A stretch of DNA of 62,104 nt, counting the filler, from Hausera hauseri (Eukaryota), in assembly GCA_046269625.1 (NCBI GenBank). It is 11 parts of 11 records of this genome, joined end to end, with 100 filler letters (N's around TTAATTAATTAA, not from the genome) between each part and the next. Parts side by side here need not be neighbours in the genome. Positions count along the whole stretch, not along the records: positions 9,479 to 14,627 come from JBJURY010321938.1; positions 14,728 to 18,761 come from JBJURY010804643.1; positions 18,862 to 23,713 come from JBJURY010414255.1; positions 23,814 to 28,121 come from JBJURY010643996.1; 7 more parts are not named here. The stretch is one strand, 5' to 3'. Each line of letters begins with the position of its first letter. The stretch's first letter is position 1. The notes under the pieces were generated by a model. It saw only the letters and a list, made by a program, of their open reading frames with translations. It had not been told where the DNA came from and did not search any database. Below, piece after piece: positions 13,125-24,129 of this stretch. The position numbers and the translations under genes were made by a program.

Positions 13125-13895
13125 TTACCTCAACTTCGACTTTGCTGAGAATGAAATGAATAGATCGTATAGACCCAGCGCCCACAGGGAGAACACCGCG
13201 ACTGCCCCAGTGCGTCGATCCTCTGCAACGACACACGACATTCCAAGCCTGATTGGCCGTACAGAACCAATAGAATATACAAAAACTGGGCACTCTAAAC
13301 ACGATCGGCGTTCATTTGTCTCTTGCATGTTTTGGTCATGAACCATCCATTTATATTTATTACTGCATCTGATTGCAGTCAATGCAAATTCAGGGATTGA
13401 TGCCATGTCGGAATATCGTGGCAAAACAAGAGACGATGGAATAACCTTTAATGGTGAAAATATAATCACATCCAGTGTTCGGGTTTCAATCGAGAGTTGC
13501 TTAAGGGCTTCAACTATGACGTTACAATTTACAATATAACCGGTAGCAGTGCTTTTTGCGTAACTTTTAGCTGATGCACGATGAATTGATTGCCGTACAG
13601 AAGTAGGAACACCCTCATAAGAATATTTTCCATCCGAAAATAGCAGTGATATTGTTGCCCCTTTAGTGATGCTTGAAGACCATACATGAGAAAAGAGAAA
13701 TGAGCCTCGTATCGTATAATTTATGCGTGTAAAAGTACTGATGGGTAAAAGAATCTTTGATTCATTTAACTTAAATTCAGTTCCTTTTATTGTATGTACG
13801 AAAAACATAAGAATAAAATCACAGTGCTCACATAGCAATAGCTTCAAAGGAAACGTTTCACATTTAGAGCAACAACCTTTAATGAAACCCCACAT
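13125..13895 (-). CDS. Hypothetical ORF of unknown nature
   Basis: 256-codon open frame with no recognisable motif. Confidence 0.25.
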   Translation of the reverse strand: MWGFIKGCCSKCETFPLKLLLCEHCDFILMFFVHTIKGTEFKLNESKILLPISTFTRINYTIRGSFLFSHVWSSSITKGATISLLFSDGKYSYEGVPTSVRQSIHRASAKSYAKSTATGYIVNCNVIVEALKQLSIETRTLDVIIFSPLKVIPSSLVLPRYSDMASIPEFALTAIRCSNKYKWMVHDQNMQETNERRSCLECPVFVYSIGSVRPIRLGMSCVVAEDRRTGAVAVFSLWALGLYDLFISFSAKSKLR

Positions 13896-14727
13896 ATAGC
13901 CTAAATTTAATCTGTTTTAACCCAACCCTAACATTAACCTAAATCCAAAGTGCATGCAATTTCTTTCTTCAATTTCCAACGGTGTTAGGGGTGCGGCGTC
14001 AGTGCGGTCATACGTCAGGCCACCCATTAGTTAGTGAAATACCTCTCTTAAGCTTTCGGTATTCGGTCACTGGGTGGCCATGTGTGAATGTATGAGTAAT
14101 GGGGTTTTAATTGGTCGTAATTCAAAACACCAAAAGTGATTCTTAGTGGGGCACATACGTCATTTATGGAAATGGATCAAAATAAATATATAGATTAAAA
14201 TAGTTAGTGATTAATTGATTATATAATCGTTACAATCAGCAGCCCTATTAAAAATCTTCTTAGTGAACCTAAGTATTTTTATGCTTTTGCTGTTAATTAA
14301 AAATACGAAATAATATTAAAAAAGATTCCCTTTTCCAAAGAACCCTACTTAACTGCTGCTTTGAAAGAATGAAAGCCTTCCTAAGATCAACCCTGTATTC
14401 ATGTCAAGGGATGTGGAAAGCAAGGGATTTCACGAAAAGGCATCCATTATGGGATGGAATCCCAGACAGAAAACTGTCCATGTCCACCGAAGTTCGAGTG
14501 TCGCCAGTCTTGAATGCGTGGATGAATTTGGCACAACCTCGTGGGTCATGAATTTCATGGATTTCAGACAGAATGAAAAATTCACCTTGTATGCCACAAT
14601 AATTTTTCCATTAATAGTAATTATTCANNNNNNNNNNNNNNNNNNNNNNNNNNNNNNNNNNNNNNNNNNNNTTAATTAATTAANNNNNNNNNNNNNNNNN
14701 NNNNNNNNNNNNNNNNNNNNNNNNNNN

Positions 14728-15310
14728 GACCGTCATTTTTAGTTTGAAAACAAACTGCTCGCTTAGCATTTTTAAGCTGATTCGTTTTCTTAGCACTTAT
14801 TAAGCAAAATCTTCTTTGTTCAGCTAAAAAATTTTTCAATTGCTTGGCGCACTCTGATTTCAAATGTCAGAAAATTTTCTCCTTCTTTTTGATACATGTT
14901 GGCTAATTCGACCACCTCATCGAGAGTGTTCACCTTTCTCATGAACGTCGTTTTAAACCATATTATTGTTTTTTCTTTCGACGGTTGGTTTGCCTTCTTT
15001 TCCTTGAAATCCGTCCACAGAACTCTGGCTTGTTCCGTTAACAGGAATTCACATAGCTTTACAAACGGCCGTCGAAAAAATTTGTTGGCATGAATCATGT
15101 CTTCCAGCCATCATTTTGCCTAATCAGTGAATGATCCATCAAATTGCCGAAGGGAGGCATCGTAGTATTTCCGGAAGTGTTCATGATGGTCCGAAAAACT
15201 TGAGTGACCTTGTCACATTAACCTGGTTGGATAGCCAGTTAAGAAGACTTTGCTCAGCAAAGTGGGGGATCGAAATTCTTGAGTTCACTTGCTTTCATTT
15301 CGCTCATAAT
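14728..15310 (-). pseudogene. Retrotransposon gag fragment
   Basis: Gag-like WLEDMIHANKF...QARVLW...YQKEGENFLTFEIR, broken by stops and frameshifts. Confidence 0.65.
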
Positions 15311-15439
15311 TCGAATATAATTCTAAAGAGATTTTAAAAGTATTTATTTCTTATGCAATATTTAAACAAATTAAAAATAAATAATAATTTGCTTATTATT
15401 TATTTCTGCTGCTCCTTTACTCTACCAGTTGTTCCAAAA

Positions 15440-15960
15440 ATATGCGGAAGGATTTCATCCGAAAGACACATGCGGATCTATGCCACCCGGGCATGAATAA
15501 GAAAAACGATATATTCAACATCACTTCACAGTTCCCGGTTTATCAAAAGAAATAAATGTCATTGGAAAATGTGATGAACGTTTACGTCGGAAAATTCCAA
15601 CAGAAAAGACTAAAGAAAAGTTCATTTCTATTAAGAGCGATAATATTCTGGACCAATTGGTAATAGATATTGCGTATGTCGGAGACAAAGATAGCATGTA
15701 TCCATATATGTTGGTTATTATTGATCAGTTTTCAAAGCTGGTGAGTTTAACAGAAATACGGACGCAGAGGGAAGAAACAATTATCGAGTGCATGCTGGTG
15801 AAATGGATTTACAGATTTGGAAAACCGAAGTCAATCTTGACCGACAACGGTAAGTGTTTTTCGGGAAGCAAATTTGGAGAATTTTGCAAGAAATACGGAA
15901 TTAAGCAAATATTCAGCAGTCCGTTTCAACATCAATCTAACGGGTTGGCAGAAAGGGTGG
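15440..15960 (+). pseudogene. Ty3/Gypsy integrase core fragment
   Basis: HADLCHPG zinc-finger remnant, VIDIAY, IIDQFSK, ILTDNGKCF, QSNGLAER (DDE core). Confidence 0.9.
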
Positions 15961-17890
15961 AGGGGAAAGTAATGGAGTAGCAATAATAAATAAATAAGAT
16001 TATTATTTAATTTTAATTTGTTTAAATATTGGATGTAAAATAAATACATTTTAAAAACTGATTAGACTTCAATTTGAATTGTGTGCGACAAGAACCTAGG
16101 TGATCTTCAGGATTTCGATCCGCCGACTTTGCGGAGCAAAGTCTTCTTTACTTTAATAATGCCAAAGAAGTCAAAATAACGCAACTGGCGCTTTTAACTG
16201 TGACAACATTTCGCACTTGTTCAAATCTCTGCCCACTACGTTTAGGAATTTTGAACTTTTTGGTCGAGTTATGTTTTCTGGACGTTCTGTCTATCTAAAA
16301 TGTATACTTTTTGGCTAGGCACATGAGTGACAGAATATTAAATGATGTTTTTATTTCGATAATTTGGGGTATTGAATATTTAAAAAAACATTAATTCGTG
16401 ACAAGGGACGAGTTCAAAATTTTTAAACGTAGTGAGGGGAGACCTGAACAAATACTAAATGCTGCCATATTTATTAACTCATTACGTTATTTTCTGTTTG
16501 TTGGAAAAACATTTTATCATACTATTAACCTTTATATTTTGCACATCTCTGATTATTATAAAAATCCTGATTTACGGTAAGTGACGTTCCCTTGTAAAGA
16601 TTTAACATGTTAAATTTAATAAGTCAACAATAATTCGTCAATTGTTATTCTGAATTGTTCGTCTAATCACGCTTCAATTTTTTCTATTTAGCTATCCAAT
16701 ATGGAAACATGTTGCTTGCAACAAATTGCAATTGACAGAGAGTCTTGCTTGGACGTAAGATTTTATTTAGATTTTTTTGTCGACTGGTAATGTACAACAA
16801 GTGATTACGTAATTGAAATCCACTTTTTTAATTAATTTAGTCGTTAATTCATTCAGTTCGTACAGTCTTTTTATTTTTAGTGCTTGCTGTCAAAGTTATT
16901 TTCACATGGTCTTCGGACTGGAAGGATTAAGGATTATGAATGACATCAGATTTTCCGCTATTAATTTTTTTACTTTTCCCTCCCTCTGATTTCACATCGT
17001 TCATACATTTCACAGTTGCCAGCATAGCTCTTCACCAACTCATCAACTGTAGGAAAGTGTGTTTGACATAAATTCTGTGACATAGATTCTTGTCATCCTG
17101 CAGTAAACACGCATTCCAACAAGTTTCCACATTGACTCATTATTTACTTGATGACATTCTGTTAGGAGGAATTGAGATGGATATTAATACTCAAAAGATA
17201 ATTCAATAAACAGCCAACAGAAAACCAGGAAATTCAGAAAAGAAGGAAAATAAGACTCATTTACCTAGTGAAGGAGATAAATGTTATAAAAACTTTTATA
17301 ATAAATATCTTATGAATAATTCTATCTTACAATCATCAAATGAGGTTGAGGTCGGGATGGTAGAGACGCGATCTACTAACACCTACTAAACGCCTTTAAA
17401 CTCGATGACTCTTTTGAGATATTTTCAATAAATCTTCAATAGTAGTTTGCTAACCCAAAAAACTTCATTAAACTTTTTTACCCACTTTTGTCTTACAAAG
17501 GTTTTATATTTCCTACTTTTGTTTAATTAGTACAAATTCCATTTTTGTTAATTATTTCATTTCCTTCTTTTTCAATTGACATTTCACTTGCTTAATTTTT
17601 AGATTTACTTATGTAATTTTCTCAAATACTCTTTTAATTGATTTATTTTAGTTGTGGCCGCGTGCGATCCAAAATTTGTTTCAAAAATAAAAAGAAGAGC
17701 TTGTGAATAATTAGATTGGACATTGAATTGAGGGGGTTTGTGAGGCCAAAGAAATAAAATTTCATGAATCGGCTGAACACACCTGACCATTTGGAAATAT
17801 TTGAATTGATGTTTTTTAACTTTTGTTTGAAAATGCCAAGTTATTCAACATTAATTTTTTTGTTTTTATAAACACTTTTCTCATGTATTC

Positions 17891-18761
17891 ATGCTTTCCT
17901 ATACAAACAATACCTTGTTGTTATTAGAAAAATCGAGATTCATAGTCTTCAATCTTAAAAATAAGACCAGCGAAATTATCCATTTGAAGTCTAATTCAGA
18001 AGATAAAACATTGCGTTATGTTCGGACATCAAATTTGTCGAAATGCGGAAAATATTTATGTTTATCCGATGACGTGAAACAATTATTCCTTTGTCAGAAA
18101 TCCTATTATTCTTGGCCACTGTTAAGAAAACGTTATTTACATAGACGTTGTTCAAAAATCAGCTTCTCATTTGATATAGAACATATTCTCGTTGCCGATA
18201 AATATGAATATTTGTTTCTCATTCCGTTCAATTTTAACGATGACATCAAAGTCGATGAGAACGAAGACAATGCAAAGTTAAAACATGTCCTTCTTGGACA
18301 CGTTTCCGTTTTAACAGACTTCAATTTGAACCCGACGCAAAAACTGATCGCGGCTGCTGACATAGGTGAGAAAATTCCACGGTCGTTTTATGAGGAATGC
18401 TTTCAGATTTACGAATGTTTGCTGGGATACAAAAAGCCCATGTCACAGATATGTTTTAGTTCATGCAGAAAGCAATCGTTTTCAGCTTCTCGAAGTGGTA
18501 CTGTTGTCCTTTTTATAATTATCAATATTCAAGTCCATTTGTGCATTTTCTCACCGTATCAAACAATGACTAATGGATCTATTTCAGCCTGTGGCTATGC
18601 CGTTGAAATTCCGTGGGAAGTCATCTGCAAGACGAAATCGTTTCCAGTTGTTTTCAATTCTGAAACGACGTCACTAATGATCTACGAATCTTGGTTGGGC
18701 GCAAATGATTTAGTAGACATCCAGTTATCCAAGCAAAATAAACATTTTATTTGTAATAAAG
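17891..18761 (+). CDS. WDR4: WD40 protein resembling WDR4/Trm82 (non-catalytic subunit of tRNA m7G46 methyltransferase); divergent, truncated by contig end
   Basis: DDVKQLFL, RRCSKI, ILVADK, LLGHVSVLTD, AADIGEKI and CLLGY follow the order of WDR4 motifs (ADKxGD, LLGHxSMLLD, ADRDEKIRVS, CLGH). Confidence 0.75.
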
Positions 18762-18861
18762 NNNNNNNNNNNNNNNNNNNNNNNNNNNNNNNNNNNNNNN
18801 NNNNNTTAATTAATTAANNNNNNNNNNNNNNNNNNNNNNNNNNNNNNNNNNNNNNNNNNNN

Positions 18862-19075
18862 CTCCTTATCAAAATTGAATACGCGACTACGTCCAGCTTC
18901 ATCTTTCAGTGACAGGTTTCCTTCGCGAAATTTTTTAAACTACCTTTGACACTTCCGATCATCAAGAACACCTTTACCGAGTGCACTACAAATGTTTTGG
19001 ACAGCATCTCTCGCGTTTCTTCGCAGCTGGTATTCATAAAGTATGCAGTGCCCAAGATTCTCTTCATCTGCCATT
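18862..19075 (-). pseudogene. Mariner transposase N-terminal fragment
   Basis: MADEENLGHCILYEYQ...NICSALGKGV...CQR*FKKFREGNLSLKDEAGR, with the usual Trp codon mutated to TAG. Confidence 0.85.
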
Positions 19076-19351
19076 TTTCTGCAATTGAATTTTAAATATT
19101 TAAACAAACAAATGTCACATCTATTCTGTGAAACATGTTTACTATACTTCACACTTTTTGAGCGTGTGCAATAGTTTTATATTATGCGCATTAAATTGAC
19201 AATACAACTGTTTGCTGATAATCGGTAAAAAACGACATTAGTTATTACTTGACCTGGCATATATAATCAAAAAAAATCTAGGCCATGAAGTCAGCTGATA
19301 CAAGGAAGGTGCAATATTTTGTATAATCACTGCAACTTAATATTGAAATAT

Positions 19352-19685
19352 AATATGGAATAAAAGTCCTGGTCGTCGAAATGTCATAAATATTGGACAC
19401 GTGTAAAGTAATGTATGTAACTTTGTTAATTAAAAAATAATTATATACATTGAATAAATTAGACAATTTTGGAAGTAACTATAAAGTGTAAGTTGATTTT
19501 CTACATATTATCCATAGCCTATACACGGAAAGGTTACTGAATCAATTTAAACTTTATAGTTAATTCTAAAATTGTCTAATTTATTTAATGTATATAGTTA
19601 TTTTATAATTAACAAAGTTACACTCACTGTTTTCAAGTGTCCGATATTTATGACATTTCGATAACCAGGACTTTTATTCCATATT
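19352..19685. mobile_element. MITE with about 49-bp terminal inverted repeats
   Basis: 19352-19400 is the near-perfect reverse complement of 19637-19685 (AATATGGAATAAAAGTCCTGGT...GGACAC). Confidence 0.8.
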
Positions 19686-19934
19686 GTGTTATAATTTTTT
19701 CTGTATAATGAATTTTTAATTTTTCACTTCTCGTTCATTGGTCAGTTCTAATGGACACGTATTTTCTGTTACAATAATTTTATATCAATTATAATTTTTG
19801 TATTTGCTGTAGTGTGGCCATTGATCGTAGTTTATTCATGCAAATTAGCCCTTTACTGCAATAGTTTGCTCACCCCTAACTTCTTATTTTATATGAAAAT
19901 TTTCATTAGTTAATGTATTTTATTATTTAAACAG

Positions 19935-22900
19935 AAATATGAGTCGGAAATAGAGTCATATAAATCGAAAATCAAAGATTTAGAGGGCATCAGATCGGAA
20001 GACGGTGTTCGAATTAGCGAGTTTGATAAACTCGTTAATACTTTGGGTGAAGATGAATCCGAAATAAAGAAAAGATTGGGTGACATTAGTCGAGAAATAA
20101 CATTATTGCGAGTTAACGAGAATGTATTACAGCGCAAGTTAGCTGCAATACAAGAAATGGAACAGACGTTACGTCGAGTTTGTTATTCGGATTTGCTTTG
20201 TGGGTTTACTTCAGTAGGACAACAACAAATTGAAAAATGAAATGATACAGATTGAGGCCACTGTCACCGAACGTATGGGGTTTTATCGTCGGTTTAAAGA
20301 AACCGCTAATTACAAATTGAATGTCATTCACCGAGAATTGGAAGAATCAATACCGAAAAAAGATTTCGAAAAGCTTCGATCGCGTTTTGATGAATTGACG
20401 GAAAAATATCGAAATTTCTTGGAAAAACAAAATTTCCTCATCAGTCGTGGTCAGTCAATCACACAAATTGAAAGTGAATACAACAAATTACGAATGGATC
20501 ATGAAGCTGTGAAAAAGATTCTTGAAACCGAGAAGCAACGTCGACATGTTCTTGAAGCGGTTCTTGAAGATATTGGTGATGGGGTAATTGTGAAGATGTT
20601 TATTGTATTATTGCATTCAACTGCACATCATTTCTGAGGTTGTTTATGTTCTTGATTTGGATTGTTGGAATTGGTCTATGGCACTTAAGGTTTGTTTGCG
20701 TTACATCTTAAATTGGTACATTTATTGGTTTTGACCTAAATTACATTGTCTTCAAATGATCTTAATTTTTGATTACTTTATATGACTTGGGCTTTAATGA
20801 CCTTGAATTTTTTGACGTTACCCTTGAAATTTGGTGGTTTGACTTTGAATGACCTTGACCTTTGTAGACGTTGATCTTTTATGGCCTTTTTGAACGGCTT
20901 TGTTTTCTATATCTTGACCTTAAAGTTTTATAGTACTGACCTTGAATAACTTTGACCTTTTATGACCTTGAATAACTTTGACCTTTTACCATATTTATCT
21001 TGAACTGCTTTGAATTTGACCTTGAATGACCTTGACCTTTTACATTTTTATCTTCAGCGTCTTTGACCTTGACCCCGAAAATCTTGACGAATTGAAAGAG
21101 AAATTAATTTTAAGAACTCTAGTCTCTCGACAGAATCTATCCAAATAATTGTTCTGTTTTAAATTTGAATTTTGTAATTTATGTCTCATCACTTAATTTT
21201 CATTTTCAGCCATCATCAAGCACTGGCACAGAAAATCTAAAAAAGTCCAAGCCTATTTCAACAGATGCTCATTTGGTGTCCATATCGAAGAAAATGGCAA
21301 CATTGGAAATGAAGGAACTTAACGAACGAGAGAGAGCCGATCATGCTGTACGAATGTATGACAATGTTAAGGTTACATGGAATGAGGCGGAGAAACGAAA
21401 CAAGGAACTGGAAGATAAATTGTCTAGTTTGACTGGGGCAAATTTAGAATTGCAGAAAATTGAACGGGAACTGAGAGATGAACTGATCGATTCGGTGTCC
21501 AAGGAAATCAATGATGTGGAAAAACGGAAAGTCATGGAACTGGAGAAACGAGAATTGGATGCGAAACACGAGATAGACAAACTGAAGGAAATTGCAGAAA
21601 TAGCCACAATGCAGACAGCAACATTGCAGGAGAGACAAATGTCGAGGGACAAAGAGGCTGCATCATTACGTCAGCAACTATTGGACATTCAGTCACAATC
21701 TGATGAGAAGAGTGTCATTGGCAAGTTACATCGGCACATTGTCCACATGCAATTGTCTGAGGCTGCCGCATTGAGGAAATTGGATGATGCACAGCGAATT
21801 CAAAAACGATTAGAAGCCCAAATTCTCCGAACCGAACAAATTTGCGACGAGAAAGATCAAAATCTCTATCACACGCGAACTGAAGCCCGAAATAGAGGTA
21901 AACATTTGAAGGCAACGATAAATTCGTTACGGAGTCAGTTTTCTGGTAGCATTCCATTGTCAAAACAAGAAAGATTCACAACGACATTGGTAATGTTAAC
22001 AGAAGAAAAAGCAAAATTGGACAAAGAGCTTCATGAAACATTGCAAGCAAAGTTCCAAGCTGAAACTGAACTGGAAGCGGAAAAACTGGTGAAGAAAAGT
22101 CATGAAGAATTGGTGTCAGCATTGAAGGACAAGAAAAATGAGAAGAACATTCTCATTCAATGGCAAAATAAATTGGAGTCTGTGCGACTGGATGAACTGA
22201 AACAAAGAAGACAAGTGGATTTACTGCAGCATGAAATTGAACATTTGGAGAGTGTTATCAAATGTCAGGAGAAACAATTAGCACAAATGGAATACGAATT
22301 AGTCCAATTGTCCAAAGAAGCCGATGAAAAGGAAATGATGTGGGAACAACGAGAGAATGAATTAGAAAGGACAATTTACAACATGGAGAATATCCAGGGA
22401 GAAGTGATTATTGCAGCGAACTCGTTCCAAGAAGCCAGTGGAAAGAAAGAATATTACGGAACAATGCCAGATCCAAATGTGCCATTACCGAACCAACTGG
22501 AACAGGCAGTGGCGTCGATAAAAAAGAATATCAGGGTAATATTCGACAAAGAAAATGAAAATAAGGCAGTTAAAAAGGTGGTTTGTGTGAAGATCTGTTT
22601 TTTAGTTAATTCTTTATTCATTTCAGCAAAATAAAGATTTGGAGAATAAAATTCGTGAACTAGAAGGCACGTTACTGAAACGTGAACGATACATCAATGA
22701 GATGCATCTACGATTACCAGCAACAGAGGACAGATCAGATGTGATGGGACAAGTGTCAGAAGTTGTGGTGAAGTCACTTATAAATCAGAATAAACCGGAT
22801 TATGTTGATGAGAAAACTATGTGGGCGGCAATGACAACAGTGACCGGTTTGAAGGAACGAATCAAATCGAAGGACGAATGTTTGACACGATATGAAATCC

Positions 22901-23240
22901 TATTGAAAGAAGCTCGAGACGATCTGATTGATAACAACAAGAGACATGCATTGGAGATACAAACATTGCAGGATCAACTCAACAGTCTCATCCAGTCGAA
23001 GGCATCGCATGTGCTCAACAATCAGAATTCGAATATCGTCATCAAGGGGAAAATTAGCAGTCAACATTTACAGAGGTTGCAGGAAGTCGAGGAATTGTTA
23101 TCGTTAGAGAAACACACGACAGCCGAACAGAAATATCAGATCGAGGAATTACAGAGGCAGTTGAATAGTCAGCGTCAACAGTTGGAGATGAGTGATCGAA
23201 TTTTGCAGTCACGGATGCGGGATGCTGATTCTAAATATAG
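19935..23240 (+). CDS. CEP290: Centrosomal protein CEP290, internal exons 19935-20177, 20218-20583, 21210-22577, 22627-23240
   Basis: Coiled-coil protein with CEP290 motifs LEMKELNERERADH, LRDELIDSVS, QSQSDEKSVIGKLH, EARNRGKHL...LRSQFSGSIPL, PDPNVPLPNQLE, INEMHLRLPAT. GT-AG introns of 40, 626 and 49 nt keep the frame. Confidence 0.93.
20731..21072. repeat. Intronic cluster of TGACCTTG(A) repeats
   Basis: More than 10 copies of TGACCT(T/TG) within about 340 bp of the 626-nt CEP290 intron. Confidence 0.8.
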
Positions 23241-23543
23241 GTTATTGATTTTTATTTTGTATAACTATATAACATTATCACTATAAAATTCTTTACCTAA
23301 ATCCGTTTGTACATTCTGATGATTTCTGTGAGCAGAATAGTTCAATATTCATGTTTCAAAATTATGATAAAGATAGCTGGATAAGAATGGATTGTAAGAA
23401 TCTCATGTATCGGACATTAGGTGTATGCTTTTGCTTCGATTTTTTAAAACTTTAATGGAATGTCATCAAATTTTAGTGTTCCGGACTTTCATGAATATCA
23501 ACTGTAAAATCATTGGACCATATAACTGAGTCAGTACATGGTA

Positions 23544-23709
23544 ATCAGCAGAAAATCGGATATTCGTTCATTTAAATTATATTGCTTCACCTTGTTGCTA
23601 TGGATCTGAACTACATTGTTTTATCATATTATCGTAAGAGAATATAGTTGAGATCCATGACAACAAAGCCAAAATAATTTAAACAAACGAATATCCGATT
23701 TTTGCTGAT
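23544..23709. repeat. Long imperfect palindrome / foldback MITE
   Basis: ATCAGCAGAAAATCGGATATTCGTT pairs with AACGAATATCCGATTTTTGCTGAT; inner ATGGATCTGAACTA pairs imperfectly with TAGTTGAGATCCAT. Confidence 0.75.
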
Positions 23710-24129
23710 CGTCNNNNNNNNNNNNNNNNNNNNNNNNNNNNNNNNNNNNNNNNNNNNTTAATTAATTAANNNNNNNNNNNNNNNNNNNNNNNNNNNNNNN
23801 NNNNNNNNNNNNNTGGATTATTTATAGGAGAATCAAAATACAAAGAAATAACCAAATTAACCTTATTACCAGAAATTAACGATGCAATTTGGTTATCAAC
23901 TAAACGTTGCTCAACCCCATTATTAAATGAAATTTGCCTTATAGACCTTTACTTTCTAACAACCAAAATATTATTAAAACCAAAGCAGAAAATCCTACCT
24001 ATAGCAAGACAGGTATACGTAGAAAAAAATTGGCCCTACCTTTTTCTTTCCTCAAGAGAAGGACAGTGAACCAAAATTAATNNNNNNNNNNACAGGTCTG
24101 GTGAAAAAGCCCTAAACTTTCACATCCAT

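Noticed and set aside
16560-17130. Scattered small exon-like segments with GT-AG signals
   Set aside because: No consistent reading frame or recognisable protein could be assembled.
21341-21963. Antisense ORFs over CEP290 (and similar ones over the Gypsy and pPolB genes)
   Set aside because: Shadow ORFs of real coding sequence on the opposite strand.
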